Assembly: GCF_009914755.1 (NCBI RefSeq)
Contig: NC_060937.1
Strand: one strand, 5' to 3'
DNA length: 64,000 bases
From: the human T2T-CHM13v2.0 reference genome, Homo sapiens
The position numbers and the translations under genes were made by a program. The notes under the pieces are model-generated. The model was given only the letters and a program-made list of their open reading frames with translations. It did no database searches and was not told the origin of the DNA. Below are positions 1 through 13,080 of this stretch, in pieces (positions within the stretch are counted from its first letter, which is position 1; every line of letters starts with the position of its first letter).

Positions 1-2314
1 ATATTAATTATACTTTAAAAAATAGTCCCAGATGTAATATTTTGAAGATGTTCAAAGCTAAAAAATCTAGGGAAAAAAATAGAAATTTGACAAAATGCTA
101 CAAAGTCAAAATTTAATAAGAACGCATATTCTAAAGTTAATTATTCTCAGACACTTGAAAAACCCTTAAACTAGAATGTAAAGTTAAATATTCCAGACAA
201 TAGCTGAGACATGAAGTTCTAAAGTTTTCAAATATATTTCCTTTTATAATAAGTATGAGATTTGAAATCCAGGAGTCCCTAAACTCTTAGCCTAAAAGTA
301 CTGAAGAATTAGCCTCACAAGGCACGCATATAAAATAGCCGTTGTGGTGGTGTTGTGACTCAAGCAAAACAGTAGCAACAACAACAGCAACAACAAAAAC
401 AGCCAAGTAAGCCAGGGTTAATGTTTGTATTGGTGCTATTTATTCTAATTCTAATTTTACTTTCTAGTATGGATACATACTTCAGTGTCATAATATTAAT
501 TCTGAAGATTAAAATTCTGTGACCATAAGAACCTAACTTTCTTCTCTCTTTCTCTTTCTGTCTCTCTTGAAAATGTGCACTCTAAGAAGCTTTGTTTTAA
601 TGAAATGGCATAGTAAAATAGCTTTTTGCCAAATAAAACCATTAAGTTTATATAATAATATTATAGCAATTTAAATGCACTGTTGGTAAGTATATTGCTT
701 ATTGAAAAGCAATCGTGTTTATGGCTTACTCAAAACTTTATTTTTTCCCCCACGCACATTCAAATGCAGCTGAAACCACAGTAAAATTTTGGCAATGTAG
801 AAACTCTGGCCAAAAATGTATATTAGTCATGCAAATTCCTTCATTACATATTTTTCAGCAGAAAAGAATAATTCAAACAAAGCATCTTATTTCCTGCACC
901 TGTATTGTTCACACGTTGAATGGCACATAAAAATAAATGTTTTACATTCTGATTTGCAGTTACTTATTCTTATTTCCTAAGCTAGCTCTTTAATGACACA
1001 GTGAAAATGTGTTTCAGTATCATGAAGCTAACATTTTAAGCCTAATAGGAAAAGAACTCACGGAAAAACATAAAGAGTAACAGTATAAGATATTTTAAAC
1101 TTGAAAATAAGAAAACTGTAATAGATACTATTTACTAAGCATCTATTAGAAAGCAAGTTTTTATAATATACAATATCAAGTAATTCTTCATACTTGCAAT
1201 TCATCATCAAAAACAAAAGTGTGAATTTATAATGCAGTTAAACTTTCTCAAAATCAAACCATTTAATAAGTAGATGTTAACATGTTAACATTTTAATAAG
1301 ATTATATCGTATCACTTTGAATAAAATTCACCATAATATACAACTGATTATAGGACACACACACAAAAAAACACACACACGACAAAATAAGAACAAAAAA
1401 ATCTACCAAAGGTGCTATTTTGTAACCACGTATTTGTGACAGATATTTAAATTCTCCAATTGTCAAAGATGAATTATTATAGTCAATTCATTTTTTTACT
1501 CACAGAATTGTTGAAATGCACAAGAATGTTACCCTAGCATAGTGGCATAGTGATACAAAGCAGCATGAAATATCATAAATGCAACGTGTTTACACAGTTG
1601 GGTAATATTAAGTCCATTTACTTCAAGTGAGATAGTGTTATAGGCCTTGTTGTTACCATAATTTTTTGAGAAGGGAACAATATTATTACGAATAAAGCCA
1701 TATGTTAATGAGAAGGTTAGTTAGCATTAGGTAGAATTTATTCATGGAATTTGAAGAAAAGATAGCATCATTTCCAAAAAAATTATTATATTGCAAATAT
1801 ATTTGGAAGCACAGACTGGTTACATATATAGATTCTGGGTATCTGTGTATTTCCTATCTCAATACCATTTGAATACAGTGAATGATAGTGTTCAATATTT
1901 TATAAATAAAAGCATTTTTCAAAATTTAAAAATAGCAAAAACACATTATCTTCAAAAGCTGCACAAAGTGTTTATAGTTATTTAAGTTCTGTTATATGTG
2001 TAACACATTCTCTCATTATTGTTTTTAGAACATTAATGGTATGTTCTACCATAATATGGTTTATTTAAAAATCCATTAAAATACACTCTTTACTTGTATA
2101 CAAACGACAATTTCCATTTTCTTTGTATATATCCATTACAAAAATTTACTACATTATCACATATTAATGTATTTTTATATGTAAACCATTCCAGATTAAA
2201 GAATGCTAATAGGATTCTGATACTAAAATAAAAATACTATATGTATCAGATTTTGCATGACTAGCAATGACAACACTACATACTATTATGACCAAAATTT
2301 AAATAAAATCCAGC

Positions 2315-2417
2315 AAGGATCACTTTAGCCCAGGGGTTAGAGGATGCAGTGAGCCATGAACATGCCACTCTGACCTGGGTCACCAAAAATAATAACAATA
2401 AATAATTAATTAGAAAT
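2315..2417 (+). mobile_element. 5'-truncated old Alu monomer fragment (AluJ/FLAM-like)
   Basis: aggatcactttagcccagg...gcagtgagccatga...gccactc...ctgggt followed by an A-rich tail; flanked by near-identical aaataaaatccagc / aaataaaactcagc (probable TSD). Confidence 0.75.
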
Positions 2418-2706
2418 AAATAAAACTCAGCTAAACAGTCACACAAATATTTAAGATACCTGCCTTAATGAATAAATGAAAAGTTGAAAAAAAACTTCTG
2501 AAAATGAAACATTAAGTGCCATCTTCTACAAAGTTAGGTTGTGATTTGATGTACCCAGACCTTGATTTACTCTAGAAATATACTAGGATTATATTTTTAT
2601 GGACAAAATAGGGAATAGGGCATTTATTTATTCGATGTCAATGACACTTGGTCTATGTCTCACTAGTTAACTAATTTTCAGCCAAATGAATCAGTCTTTA
2701 TACCAC

Positions 2707-2710
<4 letters not shown>

Positions 2711-2738
<28 letters not shown>
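2711..2738. repeat. (AG)14 microsatellite
   Basis: Perfect dinucleotide run read directly. Confidence 0.97.
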
Positions 2739-2742
<4 letters not shown>

Positions 2743-3283
2743 AACATTTTAATGCTAGTACTAGATAGATACAGACTGTATATCCTTTCCAATTTAACTT
2801 AAAGCAGCTAGTCGAGATTTGCTTCTTTATTGAAGAAAACCTCCAAAATTAGGACAGCAATGTCCTTCATGCTTACAGCAAAGATAAATAATAAGACAAA
2901 CTAATACAAATCAAGGGTAGGAAAGGCATATCACATTTTTTTGCTGTTGCTCTTATTTATATGCAGTTATTTTGTGTTTTTGTATAAATTTTGTATCTGG
3001 TGGCTGAATTCTTCAAGCCTACAGTTATAAAGTTCAACTATTGTCTGTTCAAGTGAAGCAATTAAAATATGGAGTGGAAAAGTATTTCCCAATTTACTAG
3101 TCTTATCTAACTCCAGCAAGAAGCAACTTCTCCTTGCTTTGTTATGTTAATCACAATAATGAGAGACTACAGGTGAAAAAGATGCCAGTGATGGTGAAAA
3201 AGTCATCCACATTGGGATAGGTCAAGATCAGTGCATTTAACAATGGACCTCGGAGACACTTCTCCTTAAAATAATGTGAAATA

Positions 3284-3788
3284 TGCAAAATATATAAGGA
3301 CACCTACAACTCAATAGTATTTTTTGGAAACGTAATAATTCTTTTAAAAATGAACAAAAGATTTGAATAGACATGACATCAAAGAAGATATACAAATGGC
3401 CAACAGGTATATGAAATAATTCTCACATCATGAATCATTATGGAAATCCTGCCATATGAAACAACAAAGTTGAACCTAGAAGACATTATGCTAAGTGAAA
3501 TTGTCCAGTAACAGAAACACAAGTTCTGTATGATTCTATTCGTGTGAGTTATCTAAAACAGTCAAACTCATAGAAAGAGAGTGTAGACGCTAACTGCCAG
3601 GGACTGTGGAGAGGAAAAAATAGAAGTTACTATACAGCTATAAAATATCAGTTATATAAAATGGAAAAGTCCTAGAGATCTGCTATATAACATTGTGACT
3701 TTGTTAACCATACTGTGTTTTGCATGTAAAAGCTTGTTAAAAGAGTAGATTCCTTAGTAATTGCTTTTACCACAATTTTAAAAAATAG
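3284..3788 (+). mobile_element. L1MB-type LINE-1 3' end with internal deletion
   Basis: ORF2-end motifs (gaatagacat...aagaagatatacaaatggccaacaggtatatg) and L1MB 3'UTR (agacattatgctaagtgaaa...ctagagatctgct...gagtagat...accacaat). Confidence 0.85.
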
Positions 3789-5213
3789 AAAAAATGTGAC
3801 ATAAGTCCTGGGATTACTTAAGAAATAATTTTAGTACACTAGAGTCAATTTATATTTGTATAATTCTCTCAGTTGTTCACTTGAATGTAATTTTGTAGAA
3901 ATACAGTATAATATTTTTGGGAATAAATGTTAATATTCAGACAATGAGAGAATGTCAAATTAATTAACATATATATCTATATTTTTGTTAGACAGTGTTT
4001 ATGTAAACCTGTTTTTCATTTCCACTTTGGAGTCATACTGACATATTTTAAGTATCCTTAAACATAATATACTATCTCTTTTTATGGTTTCAGCAGAAAT
4101 ATTCATTTTTATCTACAATAAAAAGGGTAAAATAGCAATATTTTGTTATTGCCATTATTTGTATGTTCTTGTTATTTTTGATTATTTTCCAGCTTTCTTC
4201 ATACCAGAAGTTATCATTAAACACACTTTAAACTTGATTTCCAGCAGAGAATATAATACTAACCAACTCACACTCTTTATAGGCCTGTCTCAAGAAAATT
4301 CCACATTTGGAGCCAGTTCTCTTGTTAACAAAATCTCAGAGTATGATATAAACTCTCTACTCAATATGATTTTTAAAATATTAATTTTTATATTTCAAGA
4401 ATCTTACTTTGAAAATTATAAATTCTGCAATAATTTGCATAATGTGTTATTTATTATTCATAATGTTTGATTTGTGTCTGCCCCTGAGATGCATGGGATC
4501 ATGAGTGATGGGAGGATTGCCTCAAAAGAGTAAGAACAGATGAATGGAAGCTGGATAGGCAACAGCCACTATTATAGGAAATATCCTACCCATATCTATT
4601 GAGTATGCAGCTGTTGATTGATTTAACTATATTTGTGTAATTGTGTTTTTCTGCCTGCTTCATGTGATTAAAGAAAACATCAATAATATTGTACTGTATA
4701 AATAATATCTTTTTTCTATTACTCAGTGAATTGATATCAACTACCTACATTTGGTTGACTTAATAAATGCTCATTTCATTGCATTTGGAATTATTAACTA
4801 TTTAAGATAATTCCTAACAGTAAGTGTATTTTTCCCCCTAACTAGATAGATAAAAGCATGAAGTGAGAGGTCTTGAAGAGATCATCATTTATCAAACATA
4901 CCCCACCATGGCATTGGGGTTGGTTACGTGGGAGGGCTCATGTCACTAAAGGCAAAACTGGTACCTATTTCATTTTGCATTTTCTGGAAGACATATACTA
5001 TATACTATAATTTTAGCATATAGTATATGGCGATTTAAGGTTTTGAGGTGTTGGTTTTGTAAGAATTTTTAATGGCTCATGGAGACTATGTAAGTATAAC
5101 AAATACTTCATTGTACAGTTGATTTATTATTCATTATCTGTTCTGGTTGTTTAAAACTTTATTTTTTTTCCAGTTGTTTGACAGACAGTTTAGTCACATT
5201 TCTTTTTTCTGTG

Positions 5214-5534
5214 TTTTTTTTTTTGTTTTGTTTTGTTTTGTTTTTTTTTAGAGACAGTGTTTCATTCTGTTGCCTGAGCAGGTGTGCAGTGTTACAATCA
5301 TAGCTCACTGAAGCTTTGAACTCCTATGTTCAAACGATACTCCTGCCTCAGTCTCTGGAGTAACTGGGATGAAAAGTGTGCACCACTATACCTGGCAAAT
5401 TTTTAAATTTTTTTGTGGAGACAGTATCTTGCTATGTTGACCAGGCCGACCTTGAACTCTTGGCCTCCAAGCTATTTTCCCCCCTTGGCCTCCCAAAGCA
5501 CCAGGATGACAGGCATGAGCCACCCCTCCCAGTC
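5214..5534 (-). mobile_element. AluJ (AluJo-like), diverged
   Basis: Poly-T/(GTTTT)n tail, gagacag...tagctcactg...ctcctgcctcag...ggcctcccaaagc...aggcatgagccac. Confidence 0.9.
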
Positions 5535-5609
5535 TTAGCCATGTATTTCTATACATATATTATGAGTTATTGGTGAATGACAGTAACCAGTCAAAATTGA
5601 AGTCTTGGT

Positions 5610-5940
5610 GTAGATATCCATAATTATAGCAAAAACTACTGGAAATGAACCAACTATCATTTTATGCAAAATGATACATAAATATCAGACAAAATAGAAC
5701 TAAATCTAAAAAATGCCACACACCACAAAGAACGTGTTATATGAGTCCATTTAGATAAAGCTCAAAAACATGTTAAACTAGCCTATAGAACAGGAAGGCT
5801 GATGTCTGGAATGTGACATAAGAATGCATTTCTGGTGCTGAGAATATTTTATATTTTGAAGAGCATTGTTGCTAAACAGATGAGAAAATCATCAATGGCA
5901 TGTGCATTTATATGTTAAGCTTTATTTTTAAATATTTAAT
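5610..5940 (+). mobile_element. Old L1ME-type 3' fragment
   Basis: atagcaaaaactactggaaat...atatgagtccatttagataaagctcaaaaaca...aatattttatatttt; resembles a decayed L1ME 3'UTR. Confidence 0.55.
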
Positions 5941-6517
5941 AAATATATTGGAAGTAGACTGTTCTTAAAAAAATTTCCAAAGGAAAAGTACAATGGCTTT
6001 TGGAAACTCTTAAAAGATAAAAGATAAAAAATATATCCTACGTTATGAAAACAATTGACTGATATCAAATATATGGATTTTACCACATAGCAGATACAAT
6101 CAGCATATTATAAATCCTAGCTTCAATTATTATTATTATTTAAATTATGCTTATGAAGATTTCTAAGAATTTTGGTATTAAATATTTAAATAAAATAAAG
6201 GAATACTAAAAATATTTGGTAACATTATACAATAAAATCAAGAAATAAATACAATAAATTGTTAAAAGTAACTCTGTATTGTATTAAAATGGCTGATTTT
6301 TCTTTTCTACTTTATACTTTTCTATATCTTTAAATTTCCTAAAATTTGCATTAAAACTTAAAAAACATTTCACCAATATTCTCATTCCCATTTACCCAAT
6401 GATTATAAGACCGAATTTTATTTCGTCTAAATGGTTTTACGTACAGGAAAACAATAATATTATTTATAATAAAGGAATTAACCAAGACTTGATATTCATC
6501 TAAAGGAGATCATTGCA

Positions 6518-6845
<328 letters not shown>

Positions 6846-7957
6846 TTATAACAACATATATAATATCATAAAACTAGTGACTCTTCTTTCAACATATACT
6901 TTTCTCTATTATTATTTGCTCAGAAATGTCATGTTATTAAATTAATATTTTAAAAGCATAATATGTACTTTTTATTGAGCAGCATTTGTGAAATAGTACT
7001 AGCTCTCACATGCTAATAGTCTAGAATAGCCCATATCTGAATACAGTGTTCATTGTTTGATGATGGAGACACGTAATCAAAGCTGTGTGTTCATAGTAGG
7101 TATACGAAAGGTAAAGAACAGGCCAAAGTTTCAAGCAAAGGTGAGGATTAAAGTCAAGCTAAGTATAATTCTTAATTTCTGGAAGGTAACAATGTCTTAC
7201 TTTATCTCTGACTAAAGTACTTTGTCTCAAAATGCTATCTCTGTCAGCAAGATATAAAGCCTGGGAAGCTTAATATTTCTTATGCTAAGTTTGTTAATAG
7301 TGCCCATGAACTGGTTATCTCTTCGGATTCCCTAACAGCGGTGAGATCAGTCCTAAGTCTGTTCTGTATGTCTTTTTTTAAGATAGCAATCAGAGTCATG
7401 CAACTGCCAGGTGGACAGCATTGATCTGGAATGTTGGTGCCTGAGCTACTGTTTTTGCATCAAAACACCCACAATATGGAGAAAACTTTTCATAAGCAAA
7501 ACCCCATGTGTGAATAAAATTCAGGGAACTAGGAAAATCTACACCTTTGCTCCCTGTACTCCGCAGCCGTCCGTTGGACTGCATCAGCTCATAGTTTGGG
7601 ATGAACTGGATAAACAATACCTGTTAGTTACGCAAACAGACTTTTTCTGTTGAACGCTGCAACTGTCTGGGCTGCATACTCATTTAAATGACAGAATGCA
7701 GAAGCCATGGGTGACTCTCAGTATATAATCCTAGTCCATTGCCTTGTCATTCTAATTCAGCTGAGTATGCTTTTGGCATGGAATTGGGAAACGCTACTTC
7801 TAAAGCAGTGAATCTCAACTCTGGTTTTTTTTGTTTGTTTGTTTGTTTGATACCAATGTTAAAGCATATCTATAAGGTCAATTAGGTATAAATCTATGGA
7901 GATAAAGCCACTCAATTGATATAAGTGTTAAAATATGAAAGAAACCCTGCTAGAATA

Positions 7958-8128
7958 GCGCTTTTTGAAATAATATTACTGGACCAACAGCATAGATAAC
8001 AACTTGAAACTTGTAAGAAATGCAGAATAGAAGGTCCATTTAATCAGAAACTCTGGAGTTGGAATCAAGCAACCTGTTTAACAAGTTCTGCATATGATTC
8101 TGATCCATGCTAATATTTGAGAACTCCA
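7958..8128 (+). mobile_element. MER5A-like hAT-Charlie DNA transposon
   Basis: ggaccaacagcat...cttgtaagaaatgcagaat...aatcagaaactctgg...tgattctgat...tttgagaact matches the MER5A layout. Confidence 0.8.
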
Positions 8129-8404
8129 AGTGTAAACTAGAACACAGTGGAGTGGCTCAATATGGGGGGTGTAAATATTGGCATTAAGACTTACCACAGG
8201 AGTAAACAAAAGTGAGTAATTAATTAGAAATTGCTAAGTGTGTTGTAAGAATTCTGGTTAAAAAAATTATGTCTAGATCTAAAAATAAATAACTAGAAGC
8301 AGGTCCTACAGGACTCTTATTTATAAATTTCCACAAACCTGCCATGAGGAGGCTAATATAGAAAAAAGAGAAAGTTAAATTATTAATTTAAATTTATGTA
8401 ATGC

Positions 8405-8600
8405 CTTTCACATTATGAAAGCTTTTCTACAATCACTGTTTAATTTTATCCTCAAAGTTGCTAAGAAAATGTACATGAAATGTTACATACACTTTTTATG
8501 GAAAAAGAGAAAGACTGCGGCTTAAGATGAAATTACCTTCTTCAAATCCCATGGCTAAGAATAAGCAGTCGGAACTTTTGACTTCAAATCTACTCTTCCA
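8405..8600 (-). mobile_element. MIR SINE fragment
   Basis: Decayed reverse MIR core (ttatcctca...tttttatggaaaaagagaaagact...gacttcaaatctactcttcca). Confidence 0.5.
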
Positions 8601-8675
8601 ATGTTTGCATTTTAAGAAAGAATGAAAGGAAAGAACAATTTTTGCTTAGCAAGCATGACTACTCATGAATTTTGT

Positions 8676-8702
8676 TGTGTGTGTAGGTGTGTGTGTGTGT
8701 GT
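8676..8702. repeat. Interrupted (TG)n microsatellite
   Basis: tgtgtgtgtaggtgtgtgtgtgtgt read directly. Confidence 0.9.
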
Positions 8703-9404
8703 CTTCATACGCCATTCGATTTCCCACCACTACAGAAAAGGAAACAAAGTTTTTTTACATGAAGCTCAGAGTTATAATTAAAACAATCAAATCCAAGATC
8801 TCTAAAATGATTCTGAATAGATTGCAGATTGCTTAAAAGCAGAATATAATCAAGCAAATCCACGGACAATTTAATAGACAGAAACTTCTGTCTTAATTAT
8901 ATGTACTGGTGCAGTAGAGAGCCTGTAATAAAGAGGGATCATTTTATTTTGTTTTTAGCAGACTGTGTCTCATTATCTTGCCATTTGTCATAACAAATAT
9001 TTATCTTAAAATGTGCATGTGACCAACCTTTTAACCTTTCTCTCTGTGTGAACTATCTGGATCTAAATTTTCCTTTAAACATATGAGATTATTCAGTGCT
9101 TATTGGGTTTCCTAATTGTTTATCAACATGTAGGTCTATACATGAGAGTTAGTGATACAAACTCCTCCTTCAATTTCCACCAGTCTGCCTTTATTAAAAA
9201 AATAATAAATCTATTTGCTTTAATTATGTAGAAGTAGAAACACATGAACTAGGTTAAAATGTAAGTTGACAGCCTGAGTAATACATGATTTTTTCCTTCT
9301 ATTCACATATTGCCCTGCATATGTTACAGGGTTGAGTCTTTTTTGGTTTAATTTAATTTCACTGTCCACATCAATGTATATCGAATTTTCATGAAGGAAA
9401 AATA

Positions 9405-11090
9405 AACCAATTTAATTAAACAGGGTATCAATTATATGTCAGGCATTATGCTAGGTCCTAGGAACTCAGTGGTGAATAACAAAGATGTTGTCTCCTTTTG
9501 GGAAAGACCGACAATGAACAAACAACTCTGAGTATAATAAACATGAAGGTGGAAGTAAAAATGAACAATGAATCTATCCTAGACACGGGAGAGAATTGAG
9601 CCCTCTGAGAGCAAGTCGTATTTCTGATAAGAGATAAAGTGAGTCTATTAGTTGGGCAGCTAGGGTGGTTATAAAGAAGAGATTTCATTCAGACAGAATA
9701 GCATGTTTAAAAACATGGAGAACATGGCTCATTCTCAGAACAGACAGAAGAAAAGCAGGGTAAGGAGCTTAGAGGGAGTAGTGTTAAAAATGTGCTGAAA
9801 ATGAAAGCAGAGGCTATTTACATGTCTTCAAGACCAGATATAGGCCTCGACCAAAGGTCTATAAATAGATATTAAAGGATATTAATGACTTTATGTACAT
9901 TTTTTAAAGAAATAATAATTTTGAATGCAGTGGGTGGAATAAATTAAAGAATGTCAAGAGTAGGGATTTAGCAGGATACTCTCTTAGTTTTGCTTGTGAT
10001 AGACGCATTAGGGATGGTTGGAGCTCAGTGGAAAAGTTCAAGATATATTAAGTTGTTAAATGAAAAGATTTGGTAATTGTTTAGGTGCACATGTTAGGAA
10101 GAAGTGTATGTTTTAGGAAGAGGGAGGAATTAAGAATGACTCCCTGGTATGTGGCCTGAGAAAGGAGGTAGATAGATGTTTATAATAATGGCAATAGGAA
10201 ACTCCAGTGGAGAAGTAGGTGTGGGTGAAGTAGAATGAGCAGTACAGTCAGAATCATAATGAAATTGAGATGCTTGCATAGAAGTAACACATACAGATGT
10301 CAGTTTCACAGTTGGGCAGTTATTCTAGATTTGCAACAAGGAGTTTCAGGCTGGGAATTTGCATTTACAAGTTGATGATGATAGAAGTGACTGCAATGAA
10401 TCAACTCTCATTAGTAAACATACAGGAAAAGGAAAATGCCAGCCTTCCAGGAACAGGAGGGCATACACTATTTGAGGAAGAGATTCAGCAAATGATATGG
10501 AGGATAAATACCTCCAAAACTGAGTTGAAAGCCCAGAGAGTATAATGTCCTGGTATCCAAGGGTACATCAGGAAGGTACAGGGGGGAATAAGCTGGATCA
10601 TCTATCCTTGAGAGATCCAAAATTCTCAAAAGTAATGATTGGTTTCAGTGACATGGAAATCATCAGTCACTTTAGCAATTGTCAATTCTACTGATCAGTG
10701 AGAACGAATTGAGAACAAATGGAAAGTTGAAAAAATAAAGACAAAAAGTCTAAATAAAATTTCAACAAATTTTGCTGAAACAAAAAGTAACATAGGGTAA
10801 TTTACATATCTAAAGGTAAAATAAACCTTACTGGGGAAGGGAAAATAATACAGAGTTTAACATTTTTAGATTGAAAGACAAGAATACAGCATAGAGGCAA
10901 ATAGGCAAGAGTCAATAGAGGAAAAAAGGCTGAAGATGCAGGGAAGAGAGTGGATATAATTAAAGTTCTACTAGAAGCAGAAGAAAACTGGACTACTGTG
11001 GGTGGAGATTGGAGAAGGGTGTTTGTAAGGATGAAAGAAGTGAGAAAAAAGGTAAGAATAAAAAATGAGTAGAGAAAAAGGAATTTTAAA
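9405..11090 (-). mobile_element. L2 LINE, long decayed fragment (probably continues to ~11620 beyond the Alu)
   Basis: Reverse L2 3' end (atgtcaggcattatgctaggtcctaggaactcagtggtgaa) followed by purine-rich reverse L2 body (gaatgactccctgg...ggcctgag...ggctgggaatttg). Confidence 0.7.
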
Positions 11091-11099
11091 ATGTATTCT

Positions 11100-11432
<333 letters not shown>

Positions 11433-11924
11433 TTATTCTGAAGGAGAGATGAAATAGAGCATTTGTAAAAAGAAATAATAGAAGTTGAGAGGTTTAGTGG
11501 AATGGACAAGTAAAAGAAATATCAGAGAGCTTGAATAGGAAGAAAATTAATTAGATAGCACCGGGGAAAGAGGAATGAGAGGAAGATGGAGAAGTTTGTC
11601 CTGAAGAATTTGAGGGCTATGACTACATTGTAATGCAAATGACCCTAATTACTGTCTGAATCTAAGACAGGGTCATGTATGTGTCTCCTTTTTTACAAGT
11701 TATAACACGATCTATAATTACAACTTAACTTTGCACCTGATCTAGGAGGAACACCCTTACATTTTTTCCCCATTTTTCCATTTTCTATCCTTTCAGTCCA
11801 CATGCAAAACATTATTTCTTGCCATTGTGATTCTAAACTAATCTTGATCTACCATTGTTTTCAATTTACAATTGTTTCTACTTACTCAAGTCGCTTATAG
11901 ATGGTAATTTTGACAAAAATGAAA

Positions 11925-11994
11925 GTACTTTTCTTGACACAGTTCATTAATACCAATGTGTACTTTTCTTGACACAGCTGATTAGTACCAATAT
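11925..11994. repeat. 35-bp tandem duplication (2 copies)
   Basis: gtacttttcttgacacagttcattaataccaatgt / gtacttttcttgacacagctgattagtaccaatat (4 mismatches). Confidence 0.9.
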
Positions 11995-12132
11995 ATTTTG
12001 GCATTGTTTCCATTGTGTTTAGACACAGAATCTAACAGATTTTTTTTAATCAGAACCAAATAAAGAAGATATTATAAGGATATAAATGGACAAAGTTCAT
12101 GATCACCTGCACAAACACAGGAATTTTGTATT

Positions 12133-12313
12133 GCATGGTGCATGGTCTTTGGAGCCCCAGAGACCTGAGCCTTAATTAAAGTTTGAAAAACTTAAGCAAG
12201 CTATTTTAAATTCGAAAGCCTTAGTGACCATGTGCAAAATAAGAAAAACAATATCTGCTTTTAAAAGAACATATATAAAATATATAGCACACAGCAATGC
12301 TCAATAAATGTTA
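12133..12313 (+). mobile_element. MIR SINE
   Basis: catggtctttggagcc...agacctgag...cttaagcaagctattt...gctcaataaatgtta follows the MIR consensus order. Confidence 0.7.
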
Positions 12314-12314
12314 A

Positions 12315-12587
<273 letters not shown>

Positions 12588-12859
12588 TATACAGGATATT
12601 TTAAACTGTTAATTTTTTTATTATTGTCAGTCTTACAATCTGATTTGTTGAGAAAATAAATATTAAATTTAAAATAATATACCACCAAAAATATTGTTAA
12701 GGAAGGATCACTAAATTGAAGGGCAGAATATAGTAGCTAGCATCTAATTTATTTTTGCAGAAGTCATTTTCTAAAAATTTTTGGTCATGACTTAAAATAT
12801 ATTTTATTATGAGCAATTAACTGTGTAATAATAAAAGAGGGAAGGGCATGATATTTTTG

Positions 12860-13080
12860 TATTATCTAGTATGTATGCTATACTACATGTGCAATTTTTA
12901 CCCATTGTCTTATGTAACTATAGAACAATCTTTATCAATGCCAGCCACCAAGAAGAAACTAAATTTCCAAGAGATTTAAACTAATCTTCCATGATTACTC
13001 AATTAATGCATATTGGAAATGAGCTTTAGAGAAAGCCCTGTTGGTGCCAGGGTCCATCCTCTACCTTTCACAATACTACA
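12860..13080 (-). mobile_element. MIR SINE fragment
   Basis: agaagaaactaaattt..agagatttaaactaatcttcc..atgattactc; decayed reverse MIR core. Confidence 0.5.

Noticed and set aside
4084-4470. 128-aa ORF in unique sequence
   Set aside because: I/F/Y/N-rich composition expected from AT-rich non-coding DNA; no splice or homology support.
11925-11994. Direct repeats as a CRISPR-like array (also 25263-25314, 45811-45846)
   Set aside because: Only two adjacent copies with no spacers, in eukaryotic DNA; simple local duplications.
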